Shown one piece after another: positions 61,616-64,000 of a DNA stretch of 64,000 nucleotides. The stretch lies in assembly GCA_053919585.1 (NCBI GenBank), contig CM132791.1. One strand, written 5' to 3'. A program made the position numbers and the translations under genes. Under the pieces are notes generated by a model. The model saw only the letters and a list, made by a program, of their open reading frames with translations, did not search any database and had not been told where the DNA came from. The DNA is from Euprymna scolopes (taxonomy: Eukaryota). Numbering within the stretch: the stretch's first letter is position 1; each line of letters starts with the position of its first letter.

Positions 61616-62632
61616 TCTATTATATAAATCTCACCCGTCTGTTTAAATGTATGCATGTACGTATGTATGTTTGCCTAAAACTTTTGACAGAGGCGACAGA
61701 TTTTCACAAGATCGATAGCGTTTTGAAACTCGACCCTTCGGACAACAAATATCGAAAAATTGGCTAAAACCATTAATTCCTTCACCCTCAACTGTGCATT
61801 TTTCTACGATATTCGCCGATATTTTCGAAAGTCATCCTCTCATTTCGATTGACTAGCCTTAATTTAAACCTTCGCCACTTCTGGTTTGGTGATGGACGCA
61901 ACAGCAAAGACGTCACGTTTTTTTTTCACATTCTTTACCACCTTCAAAGTACGGGTTCGAGTGTTGCGCAACAGGGGGCTCATTTTTAAGAGATAACAGG
62001 GGTTCATATTACGGGGCTTGTAAACACGGTGGTGATGACAATTTTGATGGGAGACATTTATATCAGGGTGGGATGCTTGGGAACTTCATATTAATACGGA
62101 CTGATGTATGTATGAAGCAAGTTCTTAACACATATAGGGAGAAGGGGGAGATACTTCACTTATGATGATGATGATGAGGACACATAATCTTTGAAGGGTT
62201 ACACAAAGTTCGTTATAAGATGATAAACACAATTACCTTTCGTTCGTGATGAAGGATGTGACACAAGGCAACAGTTACAACATAATGATGATTTCTTTAT
62301 TCATCTGATCAGTCGGATGATGAAGTCAGGAATTCAAACTTGGATCTGCATGGTTAATCTTCTACCCTTCGCTTCTAAGGGACACTCCTCTGACTATGTC
62401 AACTCTTGGCTGATCAACTCTCTGACTGACTTCCTAACTCAACTCTAACTAACGAACTCTTAGATCCTATATTGAGAATCTCCCTTTGTCTATGACGTCA
62501 GAGGACAGCCCTTTTCCATGTAACACGAGCCTGATTGCCAACTACCACGTTTTCTTTCTTTCTTTCTTTCTTTTTGTTTTTTGCTCAACACACACCTCCA
62601 AGCACCCGGGCAACGCCGGACACCCAGGCTAG
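61616..62632 (+). mobile_element. Complete Helitron-type family A copy interrupted by a solo LTR
   Basis: A|TCTATTATATAAA ... CCCGGGCAACGCCGG..CTAG|T. Confidence 0.88.
61962..62525 (-). mobile_element. Solo LTR, family 1, internally deleted (564 bp)
   Basis: TGTTG...GTAACA termini with an exact TSD CGAG (61958-61961 / 62526-62529). Reverse-homologous to 31088-32044. Confidence 0.9.
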
Positions 62633-63440
62633 TTATAAGTAAGAAGGAAAAGTAAAACTAAGAAGTCTCCAGAACGCTTCTGAAACAACCTGTTATGGGG
62701 TGGGGGTGGGGGTAGGAACAGTAGAGCACACCCCACCCATACCCCTCTCATATATGCACACACACACGCGCGTGCGCTGACTGAGGTTCTGCCTGCATGA
62801 TAAACGAAATCAACACAGAATACTTAGGATATCAATTTATTCAATTTTACAAACACCATTATTATCGGCTGTTTGGTTGCATTAGAAGTCCTTAATGTTG
62901 CTCCGGAAAAATCGAGGAAACTGAGAATCATAATCCATAGAATTAAATTGACCAGAAAAACTCTTCACAGCTAAAATTCTGAGCCTTCATCGATGACGTA
63001 AAAATGTTTACATATAGAACTATGAAATATATTAAAATGAAAATTAAATTAAAAACCAATGAAGACGTTTAGTTAATTAATATGCAAATTAACTTTATGA
63101 TGTCGATCGCCTATAAACGATCAATATATTAAAAAGTTATTGTTTTCCTATTATGAATGCGAGTGTACATATTGATCTGTCAAAAATGATACAAAAAATT
63201 ACGCTTCGCCAATGTCCGCATTAACATTCATATAAAATAACGTCTCTACAGCTGAACTTTACAGAAAAAATATGTTTAAAGTGGAAATTTTGAAAATATA
63301 AAATAACAGAGCAATCAGTATAGACAGAAGAAAGGCGGGGGGAAGAAAAACTGTATCATTATGGGAATACAGTGGAGGCTTTCTTTTCGAATATCTCTTA
63401 AAAAGATAAATCTAACCTACTACTTGATTTCTCTCTAAAA

Positions 63441-63519
<79 letters not shown>

Positions 63520-64000
63520 GAGGTATATTTGAAAAAAGAGGGAAAAGTTTCAATTCATGCTCTACGATATATCTCATAATTCTATGTACAAGAGGTTGAA
63601 AAATAATATATATATATATATATATATATATTTCTGTAGAAATATATTTTTCTATAATATATCAATCCTTATATAAGAAGCTAAATGTAAATACAGAGCA
63701 ATATATATAATAAATGACAAAAACTTTATATTCCAAAATACATGATGTTGACAATTTTTATATTTTATTCCTTTACATCAATTGATCCTTACAGTTCTTG
63801 AAAGTGTCTGTTTCGTAGCGCAAAATCAATCACTTAATTATTATATCAATTAGTGAATCTATTATGCCCTTAACTCATTAGAAGAAATCGCAACAATCAA
63901 TCCACCAAATGTTATACGACATGGTTAGAATCCGAAATTTGGAAGAGAAGCTGCAGTTACCTTATATTTTTCAATTACGCCATCTTAGATTTTAATCAAA

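Overview
AT-rich, repeat-dense animal genomic DNA with two assembly gaps. It is probably an invertebrate; the 5S-like and SINE-like repeats suggest a cephalopod mollusc, which is an inference. No host protein-coding gene can be supported. Nearly all ORFs in the track are artefacts of satellites, microsatellites or decayed transposons. The one intact CDS is a 340-aa DD34E Tc1 transposase in a complete 1,636-bp element with 211-bp IR/DR-type TIRs (33802-35437). The rest is nested mobile DNA: a SPIN/Buster-like hAT with an 8-bp TSD, mariner and DD37D derivatives, hAT, Tigger-like and foldback MITEs, at least 9 non-autonomous Helitron-type elements, four solo LTRs with 4-bp TSDs, RTE, R4/Dong and CR1-like LINE pieces, two Penelope-like (GIY-YIG) remnants, 5S- and tRNA-derived repeats, and three minisatellite arrays. 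The most interesting layer is structured RNA. There are about 9 recognisable hammerhead-ribozyme motifs plus degenerate ones, including small protein-free fold-back cassettes in (TA)n tracts that share an AGTGCTCAATA..AGAGC tail, one of them with a hammerhead on each strand. There is also a degenerate HDV-like ribozyme at the 5' end of the RTE element. All alignments and folds were done by eye, and coordinates may be off by a few bases.
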